This document shows positions 50,931 through 63,875 of a DNA stretch of 64,000 bases, one piece after another. Each line of letters begins with the position of its first letter. Positions within the stretch are counted from its first letter, which is position 1. Source of the stretch: Lytechinus pictus (taxonomy: Eukaryota); the NCBI RefSeq assembly GCF_037042905.1, contig NC_087257.1, positions 26,474,001 to 26,538,000 of the forward strand, in the 5' to 3' direction. Both the position numbers and the translations under genes were made by a program. The notes under the pieces were generated by a model. That model did no database searches and was not told the origin of the DNA. It saw only the letters and a program-made list of their open reading frames with translations.

Positions 50931-52459
50931 CAGGTATGTTTGAGTTATCATATTATCTTCAGGTGTTTAAGAAATGATTGCTCCAAAAGGTCTCCAAACA
51001 GAGAAACTTGTATACCTCAGTGGTTACCCAAAATAATATGCCTATCCTGGCTACATACAGTGCAAATATCCATATCTATAGGGTCTTGATCATTAATATA
51101 TTTACCAGGTATGTGAATCTGCATTTGAAATCACAAGTCTAAAAAGATTTCAGCAAACCTACTGTATGGGCATGTGTGTGAACACCCTACCAATGTGAAG
51201 TATAGTACAGAACACAGTATGTTGTCTCCATGTTCAGACTCAACAAAGTTGATATTAACATAATCTTTTTGACAAGGGTCTGTTTTTGGAGACTAATCTG
51301 TATACCCTGGCTCAGGGGCTGACCTGGGAATTCAGACATGCTCAAGGAAAAGGAAGAAAGGAGAAATTTGAGAAATTAAGTAGAGCAGAAGTAATAGGGA
51401 AGGCAGGCCTGAACATTGAATATTCCAATAGCTTTGAGATGGAGAGAGATGAATAGATTGCCTGCTCTTCTATGATAACCATCGCTTTCTTTGTTAGCCT
51501 ATGTTCAGACATTGTCATTGTTTCTGTCTGAAATAATGCAGTCTTCTTGCGATGCTAGTCAAACAGTACTGAAGCAGCATTCGTGTAATGTCACATCAAA
51601 TTCGATGTATGCCTGCTTGTTTAAAATCTTATATCATACTCATGTACAGTGTAATATAATAGAGATAGAATTCTTTTAGGGTCACATTTTCAAAATTTGC
51701 ATAATTCTTTAAGTAGCATGTCTATAAAGAACAGGCTGTAGTTTGTGGTGAAGCTCAAGAGAAGTTGTCGAAAATGAATTCATGAAAAACAATTTCTTAC
51801 AGATACTTGTTCAGATTCAGAATCAAGAAAGAAATCTTGAATCGAAGTAAGCCGCATCCGACACGGATTTGAGATGCCTCTATGAATTCATGAAAGTTTT
51901 TTTTTTACAGTGCAGATAATCTCACACACATACTTAAACATGTGCGCCTGTATGTTAAGGCAAAAAAAATGACACTTAGCCACTACTACTTGCTCAGATT
52001 GTTTTTTTTTTCTGCCACCTATTTCATGTACATACAGAGTACTGTATTCTAAATTTTCAAGAATATTGTCTGTTCATGCATTTACATTGAATAGGTTATG
52101 TATTCATGAACATAAAGATAAATGATACAAAATTATTAATCATGCATCTAATGAAGGAAAGATGATATTTGAGAATGGGATTTTGAATAAGGCAAATTCT
52201 TGGCTCCAGATAAATTTGTTTGTTTTTAGACAGTTGATAACTTTAAATGAAGTTAATCTAAATAAATTTCTCCAAATATTATTGTAATACTGCTATGGAA
52301 AGCACTGAAGGGAGCAATTTGCAAATTGCATTTGATGAATTTGTGAATTCAATTACGCTTTAATTTGATCATTCATAAAAATAGAAGGAAAATAAGAGCC
52401 TTTCCTTTTGTTTTTCTGGCCAGAGGAAAGAGGGTGATCTAGGTGAGACATTGTCCAAA

Positions 52460-52581
52460 CTGACGTCAGTGAACTGCTTTTGAGCCTCGGCTATGGCCAG
52501 GCAGTGGAGCTTGGGTTTCCAGCAAAACAGCGGGATAAAATTGTGTCCCAAAGACGCAGGCAACCTCTGCGCTGACGTCAG
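52460..52581. promoter_or_regulatory. Candidate intronic regulatory element with two full CRE palindromes
   Basis: TGACGTCA at 52461-52468 and 52573-52580, both within CTGACGTCAG, in a GC/CpG-enriched non-repetitive patch. Confidence 0.4.
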
Positions 52582-53244
52582 TTACTGCATGGCTCTTGGG
52601 CCGGATGACTGGCCGCGATAGGGAATTGTATAATAGATGTTTTGCACCAAAGTTCAACCACTAGCCTTGTGCTAGCTGCTCTAGAAAAAAGATGAACCAA
52701 CTTTCTCTTTTCTTTTACCATCTTTTTTTAGATAGAAGGTGAATAACTTTTGTCATGTTTTTGCTTCCTTCTTTCTATACATGTATATACATGTATACTA
52801 CAACATGTGCTTGTTGTAGGGGTTCAGTAATGTTGTATAAAAAAGGACCTTTTTTCCGTATTGTGCGGCAACATTCAGAACTTCTTATGGTAGAGTAAAC
52901 AGCCTGGAGAAAAGAGTTTGAATTATGTTTTTTATCGAAATAACTACAGTTTCTAATTTACAGTTTTTCATGTACCTGTATACATGTACTGATACTCCAG
53001 TCCATGGCAGATTTTATGGAGTCAGTACTTTTCAGGTCACTTTTATAGTCTTCATTCTGAAACACTTCATAATGTTTTAGAGGTGCATTTCAAGGGATTT
53101 GTTTTTTGCTGCTCATTTGATGACCCCTCCCATCTCATTTCTCTCTCTATCTCATCCTACTTTATTATGTCAAAGCGTAAATGTAGACTTGTATTTCAGT
53201 TTCACTCATTATTTCCATTACTTTCCTGCTCTCCCCCATTTTGC

Positions 53245-53415
53245 TCCCCTCGCCCTTCCCCTCCCTCCCTCTTTCCCTTCCCTTCCCTCCCCTCCCTCTC
53301 TCCCTTCCCCTCCCCCTCTCTCCCCCCCTTCCCCCCTCTCCCATCCCTAACTCCCCCCCCCCCCCCCCGTCTCTCCCTCACCTCATTTTCACTATTCTGA
53401 ACCATCTCTCTCTCT
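53245..53415. repeat. C/T-rich polypyrimidine low-complexity tract
   Basis: CCCTT/CCCT repeats; similar tract at ~49860-50050. Confidence 0.9.
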
Positions 53416-54179
53416 GAATATTAATTTCCCCTCCTTGTTTTTGTCTTGTGGTGTTATTACAAGCCTCCGGGTGATGCCCCATTTCTTGAAAAGCATTTGT
53501 TCTTTAATGTCACAACATCTACAGTACTTTATATGACATCCACCTTCCATTGGTGATGTCATTTGAGAGAGCTTGATATCATCTTCTCAGAACTTAAAGT
53601 TAAGCAAATATTTGAACTTTTTAGGTTATTTCTGAAAGATATGGCTCTCAAGTTTAATATTTTCATAAATATAATATATCACCAAATGAAAAGTACAGTA
53701 ATAATTTTAAGAACACTACATGTATATATTGGGTTAAGTTAAGAAGTAATGCACAATCATAATGGCATCTTGATAATACTACCTCCATCCCCCCTAAAGA
53801 ATTACAATGAGTACTTTGAAGGTCCATTGTACTTTACACTACAACAGAAATCTCCTTTCAGAAGTTTTGTTTTTATGCATGTAGTACAGAGATTTGTGAA
53901 ATATATAGGAGAGATAGTAATGGACATCATTTTGCTGAGCAGTGCACTATTGCCAATGAATAAAAGAGGGATTCAAGTTTTATGTACCTATTTTACATGT
54001 GATTTCCATGGTTTCTTTAAAGGTCATAAGCCCCCCCCCCCCCATTCAGACAGACATGCATACATGTACATTTACTACCTAAACCTGAATAAATATACAT
54101 GTATGTGTAAAGCTCTGAGTGTCTTGCAATGTTGCTACAACAATAATATGTTTTATTGTGTCTTTGTTTTCATTTCCAG

Positions 54180-54251
54180 ACTGATGATGTTGAAAGGAAG
54201 GGCTCTCACAAAAGGTCTTCATCGTGGGGAAGTGCAGACAATTTGAAAGAG
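54180..54251 (+). CDS. GLCCI1: GLCCI1/FAM117-family coding exon (72 nt, phase 0/0)
   Basis: tttcatttccag acceptor; GAG|gtaagt donor. Encodes TDDVERKGSHKRSSSWGSADNLKE (family motif SHxRSxSWGSADxLKE), in frame with the 18056-18222 exon. This frame is absent from the ORF track. Confidence 0.92.
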
Positions 54252-54558
54252 GTAAGTTTAGCTTAACATCCACTTGGTCTAATGTGTAGCAGTTGGTCTA
54301 ATTACCTGATCTAACAGTCAGTGGTGTATCTTGGGCAAGGACACACGAGCCCTATCACCACATTCAGGGATGGGGTGCTCCAAAGTCAAAATAAGAACAA
54401 TACGGGTAAAAGAAAACAATAAATAATTCTTTAATAGAAAAATAAAATATACAATCAGCAACAACAAAAACAATAAACTATTAAAAGAAAAACAATTATA
54501 ACTGACATTCATTCAGCACATGCCTTGTTATAACAGAAACATGGGGCATCATCTTTAA

Positions 54559-55009
54559 AGGGGTAATCCAGGCTGAAAATTTGATCAAATGAGACAAGGA
54601 ATAACAAAGTTATGGCATCTTAAAGATTTGATGTCACATCACCACTCGTTCTTATGTATTTCATTATATGAAATTATGTTTATTCAAATCTTGTCCTTCA
54701 AGGATAAAAAAATGAATTGATAACAGAATTATTCTATTATAAAGGAGATATATCATATGAAATGATTATGATTTCATGTGATAACATAAGAAAAAGGAAA
54801 GTGTAGATATGACATCATTAGCCCAATGAATCAATGAATATTCATGATGACGAGCATATAACTGTTTTCTCAAAATATTGCTAAAATTTCAAATTCAGTA
54901 TTAAACTTCCTTTATATTTGTTATCAGGTTTCGATGAAGTTTTTAGCATTTTGCTTTATGAATTTTACTCTTGATACATGTATAATTATTTTCATCCCGG
55001 AGTACTTCT
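54559..55009. mobile_element. Kolobok-like non-autonomous DNA transposon (second family)
   Basis: TTAA on both sides; imperfect 22-bp TIRs AGGGGTAATCCAGGCTGAAAAT / ATTTTCATCCCGGAGTACTTCT. Confidence 0.7.
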
Positions 55010-55709
55010 TTAACTCTTGTCCCAGCTGTTATCTTAAGTTTCCTACATGTACATGTAAGATCAACCATTACAAATATTTAAGGCTCAAATTACATGTTCA
55101 TTAAATTTCTATTGGCAATAGGAAATTAAAAATATGGAATTTAGAGCACTCGTGTCCTCTCAGCACAGTGCTCAATACATTGTCAATATTGATCTGATGT
55201 TAGTCTGTCAGTCATCCAGACACACAGACATTTCAAGGGAAAAACTCAACTACACTGTACTGTAGGTACTCATCAAATACTGCACCTGGGTAAGGTGCAG
55301 CACAATGTCTATGAATTCTTGCTGAGGGAAATTACTCACTGCCTGGGATTTGATCCATGGCCCTCTGATTGCAAGTCGAGAGTCAGAACCACTAGACCAT
55401 GATTATGTGTTCATTTGATCATTCTATTCAACTTTGAGATTTGAAAAGAGGTTCAAGCAGTCCCATATGAACTTTATTTTCATGGAAATTGTTTGTTGTG
55501 CACCTTAAAAGTGCAGTGAAGTAGGAAGTTAGTCTTCAGGTCTCATGAAAATTATACCTGTACAAGGAATTCTATAAGAAAGTGCCAGTATTTGTAGATT
55601 GAATATCATAATATCTTCCCAGGTGTACGATAAGGTTACTCTATATAATATGGTACACTTTTATCCGGCTTCTAACAATTTGTTTTGTGATCATGGTTTA
55701 ATAACTTAA

Positions 55710-55980
55710 AGGTAAAAAAGAAAGTAGTTGCAGCTAAACAATTATTTGATTTATCATAGATCTAGATCTGGTACATTGAAATAAACATAACTTTGTGAAA
55801 TCATGAAATCTAGTAGTTGAAAACACGATAATTCTGATGATCACTAACACAAGGAATATGTGGGACAGTGTATTAATATTGTGAGGAAAAATACCAGACA
55901 TTTTTAGAATTCTATGCTTATTTTGCTAATTTCTCAGCAATTACACATTTCCTTCCAAGGCCATTTGGCAATATTTTAAA
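55710..55980. mobile_element. Diverged partial copy of the Kolobok-like element at 3575-3928
   Basis: Starts TTAA-AGGTAAA; shares AGATCTGGTACA, GTGGGACAGTGTATT and GCAATTACACA blocks in reverse orientation. Right end approximate. Confidence 0.6.
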
Positions 55981-58304
55981 TAAAAATGGATTATTGTCAT
56001 TTATTTCACAACCGTAATATGACCGCTCCTAATTGCAAATCTTTATAAAGCATGGTCACTGTTGCCTTCCACTCATAAACAATTGATGAACATGTCGAGA
56101 CATGAATATAGGCCTACGTCTTTCCAATGTATGATATGAAACCATATTAAAACAAATATGTGATGTTATTGAATCAGAGAAAATTCTTAATGGCTATACT
56201 GGGAGGACTATGTGGGAGGTGGAGTCAATTCATAATATACAATCATTTCTTTTAGTCTGTTTTCCATTGGGTGTGTGGGTGTATGTTATAGGGTAGATGT
56301 ATTGTACATTCATGAGTTCATTTATTAAACCTGGGTTAAATGCAAAATCCACCCTTGAAAAAATCAATGAATAAATTTCTAAGCATAATAGCCCTATTTT
56401 TGAAAAAAATATTAAAATTGTATGAAAAATAACAAATCATGACAAGCATTATTCAAATTATGAATAATCATGAAACAGTCATGATAATGCACAGAATACA
56501 ATTTGAACTACATTTGCAGATGTAACAGAAACTTATCTTTAATAAAAGGTATCAGATATCCTTAAATAGATTTAACCCCAAAGATATGTGCACATTGCAG
56601 AGTTTTCATTCACATTCTGACAACATGCATACTTTAATCAAGCCAAGTCATTACGTTTGTATCGTGAACATGTATGCATTTAAGATAGCAACCTGTTGGA
56701 ACCTACTGTACATGTATGTACATGCGTTTCACTGAGCATGTGTTTTGTAAGCTGTACATGTGCAAGCCCTCTCGTACATTGCAAATTACACGGGGAGTAT
56801 CATATTCGTGGAATGGTTACTAAATTCATCCGAATGATGGGCGGCGAGTAAGTCAACTATCTCCTTACTGGAGTTGAGTTTCCTACAAGACCTGTTCAGA
56901 TAGAAGAAAGTTATACTGCTTTTACAAAGACAAGTATTTTACCCATTATTAAAAAGGATAATTAATTATTTGTTGTCTTGTTCATTTTTCCTATTCACAT
57001 CAAGTTTTGGCATCGTTAATATTTGTCTTTCAATGTAACATTTTTTCCTATTGAATTCTACAGCTTGTGTGACACACATATGTACATGGAGGTTCATAGA
57101 GAATGTGTTACAAACTCTTTTTTTTTTTCAATTTGCATACACATGACAACGGCGATTTTCAAATGTCACATGCATTGCCAATTCAGGGATTTAGTGATTA
57201 TTTTCATTAATGAAAAGTACCATTGACTGAAAGGCTCTTCTGCATCACAAATAGGCTATATGTGAACAATGCTTTCTTCTGCTTTATTTTGCATGATTAG
57301 GCTTCTGTTTGAAAAGTTATCAGGTGGCAGGAAAAAAAACTACACAGGGGCTCGTGGAAATTTCACCCCCGAAATACTCAAAAGAGCCAGGGAAATTTCA
57401 AAAAGTAGCCCTGGAAAATGCCCATTTGTTACAATGTCCTATGTTGCATATTCAGCTCTACAAAGTTGTGAAAAGTAGCGCCCCAAAATTGATTTTTTTT
57501 TTTTTTTTTTTTTTTAAACCTGTTTTAAGGGTTTCTTATTTTTAATCAGATTATGGAGCATTGTATGACTACATGTACATGTGGACCAATTAATCTGCCC
57601 CCCCCCCTGTGTACGTGTACACAATACACCTTCTTTACATTTGTATGCACCTTCATATGCATGCATGCTCTCTCCATTTCGAAGTATTAATATCCCCATG
57701 GATCTTTCTGAAAAATGGGCCTTTTATGTTATTACAGTTTTAGTTCAACAAATTATTTCAAAAATTCTCTATGGATGGTCTACTGATTTTACATGAAGTG
57801 TTGGTGGAGTTTAGTGTATATTGGGCCTTTTACATTATTTCATTTTTAGTTTAACAGTGGATCGTGGTCTCTTTATTTTTCCACCAAACCCATGGGCCTA
57901 TACCTGAATTTTCATAGTCTGAATGAAGGATGGTTGGGGGGGTTGAGGTAGTGGGAAAAAGAAAGTGCACATCACACGTTCCTTCTGTCAGAACATATCC
58001 TAAGAACTCTTTGAGTTTCATGCGCAGCTCGAAATCTAATCTTGGTAGCGTGCACTGCAAGCTGCTCTCATAATTTGATTGCTTGTCGGATAGGCATGGG
58101 AGAGTTCTTTCAGGAGGAATGAAGTGGGTATGGGAGGGAAAGGGTGTCTCCAAGTGATGTGTCGGCCATATGTTTGAATTTTCATGTGTTTTTGGCATAT
58201 TTATGCCCTTCATTTCTACCCGAAAGGCAGGTTTAATGCTCAACTTGAGTAGTTGTGCAACAGCAAGCCATAATTTCAAACTCTTTAATTTAAAAGCAAG
58301 GTTT

Positions 58305-58585
58305 AAATAAAATAAATAATATAGGATTTGTATAGCGCTCGTATCCACCTTGCTAGGTGCTCGTGGCGCTCCTATATTACCCATGCTAAGCAAGTCTACT
58401 GATTCTGGTGCGCACAGCTTTTTGAAGAATTACTTCCTGCCGGTACCCATTTACTTCACCTGGGTCGAGTGCAGCACAGTATGGATAAATTTCTTGCTGA
58501 AGGAAAACACGCCATGGCTAGGATTCGAACCCACGACCCTCCGTTTGAAAGGCGAGAGTCAGAACCACTAGACTCCAACGCACCC
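58305..58585 (-). mobile_element. tRNA-derived SINE, family A
   Basis: Reverse-complement homologue of 43235-43513 with B box GGTTCGAATCC and an AT-rich tail. Confidence 0.85.
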
Positions 58586-58656
58586 ATTGTTTATTGTTAT
58601 GCAAGTATCCAGTGGCCTGCTGTAGAGAAGAGTTATGATCAAAATCAACATCAAAA

Positions 58657-58807
58657 CAGGGGCTAGGGAATGGTTTCAAAAGTGGGAGGGGGCTGACCAT
58701 AAAAAAAATCACAATCAAATAGTCATTTTATGTTTTTGTATATGGTTTTGGAAGAAAGTGTGGGCTGAAGCCCATCCAGCCCCCCCCCCCCCATTCCATG
58801 GCCCCTG
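58657..58807. mobile_element. Second, inverted copy of the CAGGGG MITE
   Basis: Reverse-complement similarity to 968-1135 along its length; CAAAA on both sides. Confidence 0.8.
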
Positions 58808-59525
58808 CAAAATCAAACGTTTCTTGATTTTCAACCAAAAGGAAGTCCATATTTAAAATCTGTGTTTGATTTTATGATTGCTTTCAAATGCAACTCTTTT
58901 TTAATCAGACCCCAGATCTGGTATGTACAGTAAAACCTAAGTTTGTGATACTAACTGTGTTACTAAACTGAAAAGTGAGCATATTGAATGTCACCATCAC
59001 AGAAAGGCACGTGTGGGACCTCACAACATGTGAGATGGCAGGAATTCTATGCTATTTTGCTAGTTTTGCTCAACAATTATATTTTATCTACCTTTTTTCA
59101 AAATGCCCCAAATGACTGTCATTTTGGTTCAATGCAAAATGTAATTTAGAATGAATAGATACAGGGAAGGGCCCTCATACAGAAGATAATGATTTTTTCC
59201 CCCTGATATCACCCATGCTATTAAACTACTAGCCATGACGTATAAATACTACCTCCTCACCCCACCCCCCCCCCCCACTACTGTGTGCTAAGGTGCTAAC
59301 ACCATCTTAATTGACAACAGCCCACTACCCCTCCCCCCCCCCAAAAAAAAAATCAATTATTCAATCAAGCGTAGCTGTACTTGTTGCAAACCACGTACAA
59401 AAAAGAAACAAGCAATTATAAACATCAGACAACCTTCTGAACAGAAAGTTAATACATGGGACTACATACATGGAAGGGAGGATTGTTATTGTTCATGTGT
59501 GGATGTACATGCACATGTACAGTAA

Positions 59526-59685
59526 TACCTCAGTCACATTTGCTCTACGGCGGCCGTACGGCGAGTCGAAATAGCCATTTTATTAAATTTCATTCAGACC
59601 ACCTATATATAGATGGTACAAAAATGTTAAAACGGCTGTTTTCGACTCGCTGTACGACCGCCGTAGAGCAAATGTGACTGAGGTA
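59526..59685. mobile_element. Fold-back MITE with ~45-bp TIRs
   Basis: TACCTCAGTCACATTTGCTCTACGGCGGCCGTACGGCGAGTCGAAA mirrored with two mismatches; older relative begins near 37717. Confidence 0.85.
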
Positions 59686-59870
59686 TACAGGATCTGGACA
59701 TTACTCCTCTTGCATAATACGCATACATGAACATGAATGAGTGATGGTTTCATTTTCATGTGTAGGTATTTGTTAAGTATATGCTTTGTAAACAATAACC
59801 ATGGAGGTTTCCAAATTAATTCACAAACTGAGAGTAATAATTGTTGTTTTTTTTCCTATCATTTGTACAG

Positions 59871-60131
59871 AAATACAAACAGCAGCTAAGAAAACAAGGT
59901 AATCGCCAGTCCTCTTCCAGCACACAGCGGGCGTCGCCGGTCCATGGGAACCACTCGACCGTCGCAAACCTTCCCTCACCCGTCAGTGCTCCAAGCTCTT
60001 CGTCGTCGTCCTCGTCAACGATCTCCATATCCAATTCCTCATCTACTGCCTCATCACAAACTTCCATCCCCACACCACCACCATCATCATCTAGCACGAC
60101 GTCGGTTTCATCGTCATCGACCACTTTTCAG
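59871..60131 (+). CDS. GLCCI1: GLCCI1/FAM117-family coding exon (261 nt, phase 0/0) with Ser/Thr-rich extension
   Basis: T-rich tract + tacag acceptor; CAG|gtagaa donor. Encodes KYKQQLRKQGNRQSSSSTQRASPVHGNH..., resembling the family K.RQQLQR...SPxHGNH segment. The donor is weaker than the others. Confidence 0.85.
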
Positions 60132-60351
60132 GTAGAAACTTTAAGTGTTTTCATCAAAACGAGTTCGTTCTCTTGCGTCCTTTTTCTTATCTAATGAATT
60201 GGCCCGATCAAAAAATATTGGGCTTATTTCTGTTCTAGCTTTTTATTTTTGCTCAAAAATTCATCCCAGAAATATTCAGATATTTTTGCTAGGCATCTTC
60301 ACCAGGCTGAAGCTACATCTAATCCCAATATGGAACATGCCACATTCAGAT

Positions 60352-60808
60352 CCGGGAGGGGGGGGGGGGGCAGTCAAATGTATTCACTATTGCTCTACAC
60401 ATGCGTGACCAAATTATTTCCAAACACTCCCTGAACAAGTTTTTCTCTGTGTGCAAAATAACCCCCTACACCAGTTTTTCGCCGGCTTTATTTACACAGT
60501 TTGGCCCCTAAACAAGTTGTTGCCAAAATATGACCCCGGTGATAAAGCCTGGGGAAAAAATACCCTAAACATGTTTGGCTAGTCTTTAATAAAATAAAAA
60601 AACTTTGGAAAAAAAACATACCCTAAATATGTTTTACCCCGCAATGGACCATTGACCAGTCTTTCAAAACCACCCTTTTTTGTGAAAATCAGTGTTTTAG
60701 ATACCCTTAATGAGTGCACGCGCGGCCCACGTCCAAAACTGAAAAAATACCCCTTTAAACACGTTTTTTTGTTACGCATGTGTACAGCTATATATTTTAC
60801 TGCTTTCA
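60352..60808. mobile_element. CCGGG(G)n-terminal non-autonomous element, right end lost
   Basis: CCGGG + poly-G start and repeated AAAATACCC(T/C)AAAC motifs; abuts the MITE at 60812. Confidence 0.5.
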
Positions 60809-63388
60809 TATGGGGCTATGCAAGAAACTTGCAATTGATCGCAAGTCAATTTTAGGTCCAAAAATAAATCGAAATTCATGCATTTCCATTACAAATTTGC
60901 AATTAATCAATGGCCTCCTTCTTGCATCAACAAGTATTAATTGATTTGCTTCAGTTAAAATTGATCCATCACTCGTAATTTTGCATCTGACATTTGCAAT
61001 TAATGGCAAATATTTTCTTGCAACACCCCATTAAATTCACCAGATTTTGTCCAGAATTAATAAGTTGGAATGCTTACATGAATGCTGTTAATACAAATTT
61101 TACCCAATTGGATTACAAGCCGATCGTATAGTGTGTGACAGGCTTGACATACATGTAGCTGATTGGCTTTATCTTTGGACCTTTGTAGCTTCAGCTTAGT
61201 ATTGATTTCCTTCCATTCAAAGTCAAGTATAATTTCTTACCTAGTATAATGAATACACAGAGAAGAAAGGAATATTTGTAGAATTAAAAACAAAATTATA
61301 AGGAAATACACATGTATAGGAGTAGACTGTACAATGGTTTGAAATGGGTACACCATAAAAAGCATCTTTCCCTTTTAGTAGCACTGCCTCAGTAATGTAT
61401 TCCATCTACATCCCGCTGGGGCTTTTTGTCACAGTGTAGTCACGTGACCAGCACATGATACTGATGCCAATTTGAAGATTAAGCAGTAGCACCTATTCAA
61501 CAAAGCATAAAATGATTGTCTTAAATGCATGCAATTGGGGCTTTCAGCATCATCATACCCTTTAAGTAACACTGCCTAATCAATGTATTCCATCTGCATC
61601 CAGTCTGATTTTCATTTTTTGCACTGTCCAGTCACATGACCAGCACTTCACTCTCGTATTTATAAGGAGCTGGTTTGAACACGTGAGCAGGAGAGTAGAA
61701 GATGGCTCCTTTAATACTAAGGATTCGTTCCCTTCTCGGAGTTGCGATGTACTTGATAGTCGTTTCAGAATTTTGAGGGATTTTGTTGTGCAGTGTCGTG
61801 CTAATATTCGTCCATCGTGTATTTTCATGTATAATGTTACCAGATAATCAATCTCTATTTGCAAGCACTCTCTGGAGTTATGAACAACCGACTGAATATA
61901 AACAATAATTTATCTTACAATTCTTCTTTTATGTAACCATAACATCAAGCTAAAGTAGATGATTTGTCAATGAAAATGACTGAATGATCATTTAAAAAAA
62001 AATTCAGATTAAACTAAAGTAATTTATTTATTTATTTTATTTCCAGGTAAAAGACAACAAGAATATGTACAATAGGAAGAAATTACCACCGACTAGTGCC
62101 TGAGGATGACTAAGAATAAAAACTAGTTTATGTTATGAAGCTCTCCTCACTAGTAGGGGTTTACAAATATACAAAAATAAAATCGGTATAAAATGGCAAT
62201 ATATGATTGGATGCATTACTTATTCAAACAAAGAACTTAATAATAAAGAGTGTTTGTTTCCATGTTTCCACAAGCAATTATAATATCCAGTCAATATGAA
62301 ATGTTTATGCATTTTGATTTTTGAATAAACAATGTTATGCTCTTATCAGATAGTATTAAAAGTAATGATTTTTTTAAGCAGAAATGACTTTTAAAAATCA
62401 AGTATGAAAAGCAAGTACCAAGTAAATATTTGCTCTAAGTATAAGTTACCGTCATTTTCTTTTTCTGAAAAATAAATATATATTGATGTATCAGTTCATG
62501 GACATGTACATAGACTATTCAATCATAATAGAATTTGTCATTGAAAATGAATGGCATATCATTCAATGAAATGCAAGAACATGTACTGACATGCTTGTGC
62601 CCAGTACATCAATGCATTCATTGGCTTTATATATTATTGGCTATTAGATTAAGTTTACAATGAAAATGACAGCAATAATTTAGATTAAACTTCATAACTA
62701 CTGTTAGCAAGTCATCGAAAGCCCACATTTTTGTTCGCAGTTTTAAATTTTTAATTATTTTCATTGCACTGCATGTACATGTAAATTTGCTTTGTTGTTT
62801 GAAGCGATATTGGTCTGGAAAAGCAAATGATATTGGTCAATATGATGTGCTGAAATGTACATCATATGACCAGTCATAAAACTAACAGGCAAATTTGCTA
62901 ATGAATGATACTAATGACTACTTGTATTCACCTGTGGTGGTTTTGATATGATGATGGCAGGTTTATCAAATAACAAGGATTTACATAATGATCTTATAAG
63001 GCATATCATTATTACAGATCACTTTATACATTGTGTTATGTTTTCTACATCATGAAATAATTACTCACACTTGTTACCTTTGAAATGGTCCAAATATGTT
63101 CCAAGGTTACCTCGTGGGTGTAATTCTTTCTAATGATCTCAATGATGTATACCCCCCCCCCCTCCTAATGTCTCAAAGACCAGCTTAAATCAACAAACCC
63201 TCTTTCTCTACATTGTGTCTCTAGCAGGTCTCTATATCGACGAGTCTGATTACCCGCTCCACAGTCATTCCTCTTCCCGAACACTTGAGGGAATTCTTCG
63301 TCATGAACCCCTTCCCCCCCAGCCCGTTGATGTCTTCAAGACTTAAAATAAATCAACGAGCCCTCTCTCTATTGTGTCTCTTTAGCAG

Positions 63389-63562
63389 GTCTCTGTATCG
63401 ACGAGTCTGATTGGTCAAGCGCACACACTTCCCCGCTCCACAGCCATTCCTGTTCCCAACCACTTGAGGGCGCCGCCTGTTCCCAGGATAAGGGGTAGCG
63501 TTGAGGGTCTGAACCAGGAAGTGGAGAAGCTCGTACTCATTGGAAATGACGAGGAAGAGAGG
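63389..63562 (+). CDS. GLCCI1: GLCCI1/FAM117-family coding exon (174 nt; alternative start at 63386)
   Basis: ctctttagcag acceptor; AGG|gtaggt donor. Encodes VSVSTSLIGQAHTLPRSTAIPVPNHLRAPPVPRIRGSVEGLNQEVEKLVLIGNDEEER with the family motif SVEGLNQExEK; phase 0/0. Confidence 0.9.
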
Positions 63563-63596
63563 GTAGGTACCTGTAGATTGGTCTACAGCCACAAAA

Positions 63597-63875
63597 GACC
63601 GGTGTTTTGGCTCAGTTGGTAGAGCGTCCGTCTCACAACCGGGAGGTGGGGGGTTCAAACCCCGACCGCGTCAGACCAAAAGACGTTAAAAGATGGGAGT
63701 TGCTGCTACCCTGTTTGGCGTTCAACGATTAAAGGGATAGAACCTTGTCGATCTGGCGCTGCACAGCGGCTGCCGGGCCCACGATCAATTGGGCAAAGCA
63801 AATTTTCGGAGTATTTCATTTCATGTCTATTTCGAACAATAAATTATGGAGTTTAATTTTTTCATCATTTCATTT
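63597..63875 (+). mobile_element. tRNA-derived SINE, family B (Meta-domain-like)
   Basis: A box TGGCTCAGTTGG, B box GGTTCAAACCC, then GTCAGACCAAAAGACGTTAAAAGATGGGAGTTGCTGC; AATAAA and TTCA-rich tail. Domain name is from recollection and tentative. Confidence 0.75.

Noticed and set aside
53749-54246. 165-aa ORF overlapping the 54180 exon
   Set aside because: Different frame from the conserved exon and runs through low-complexity intron.
57851-58393. 180-aa minus-strand ORF
   Set aside because: Starts inside a SINE, non-ATG start, no recognisable domain or splice support.
59816-60124. Acidic 102-aa minus-strand ORF
   Set aside because: Antisense shadow of the Ser-rich exon.
63597-63670. tRNA gene
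   Set aside because: A and B boxes are present but the sequence runs into a SINE body and tail with no T-run terminator. The same applies to the heads at 40862, 43235 and 58585.
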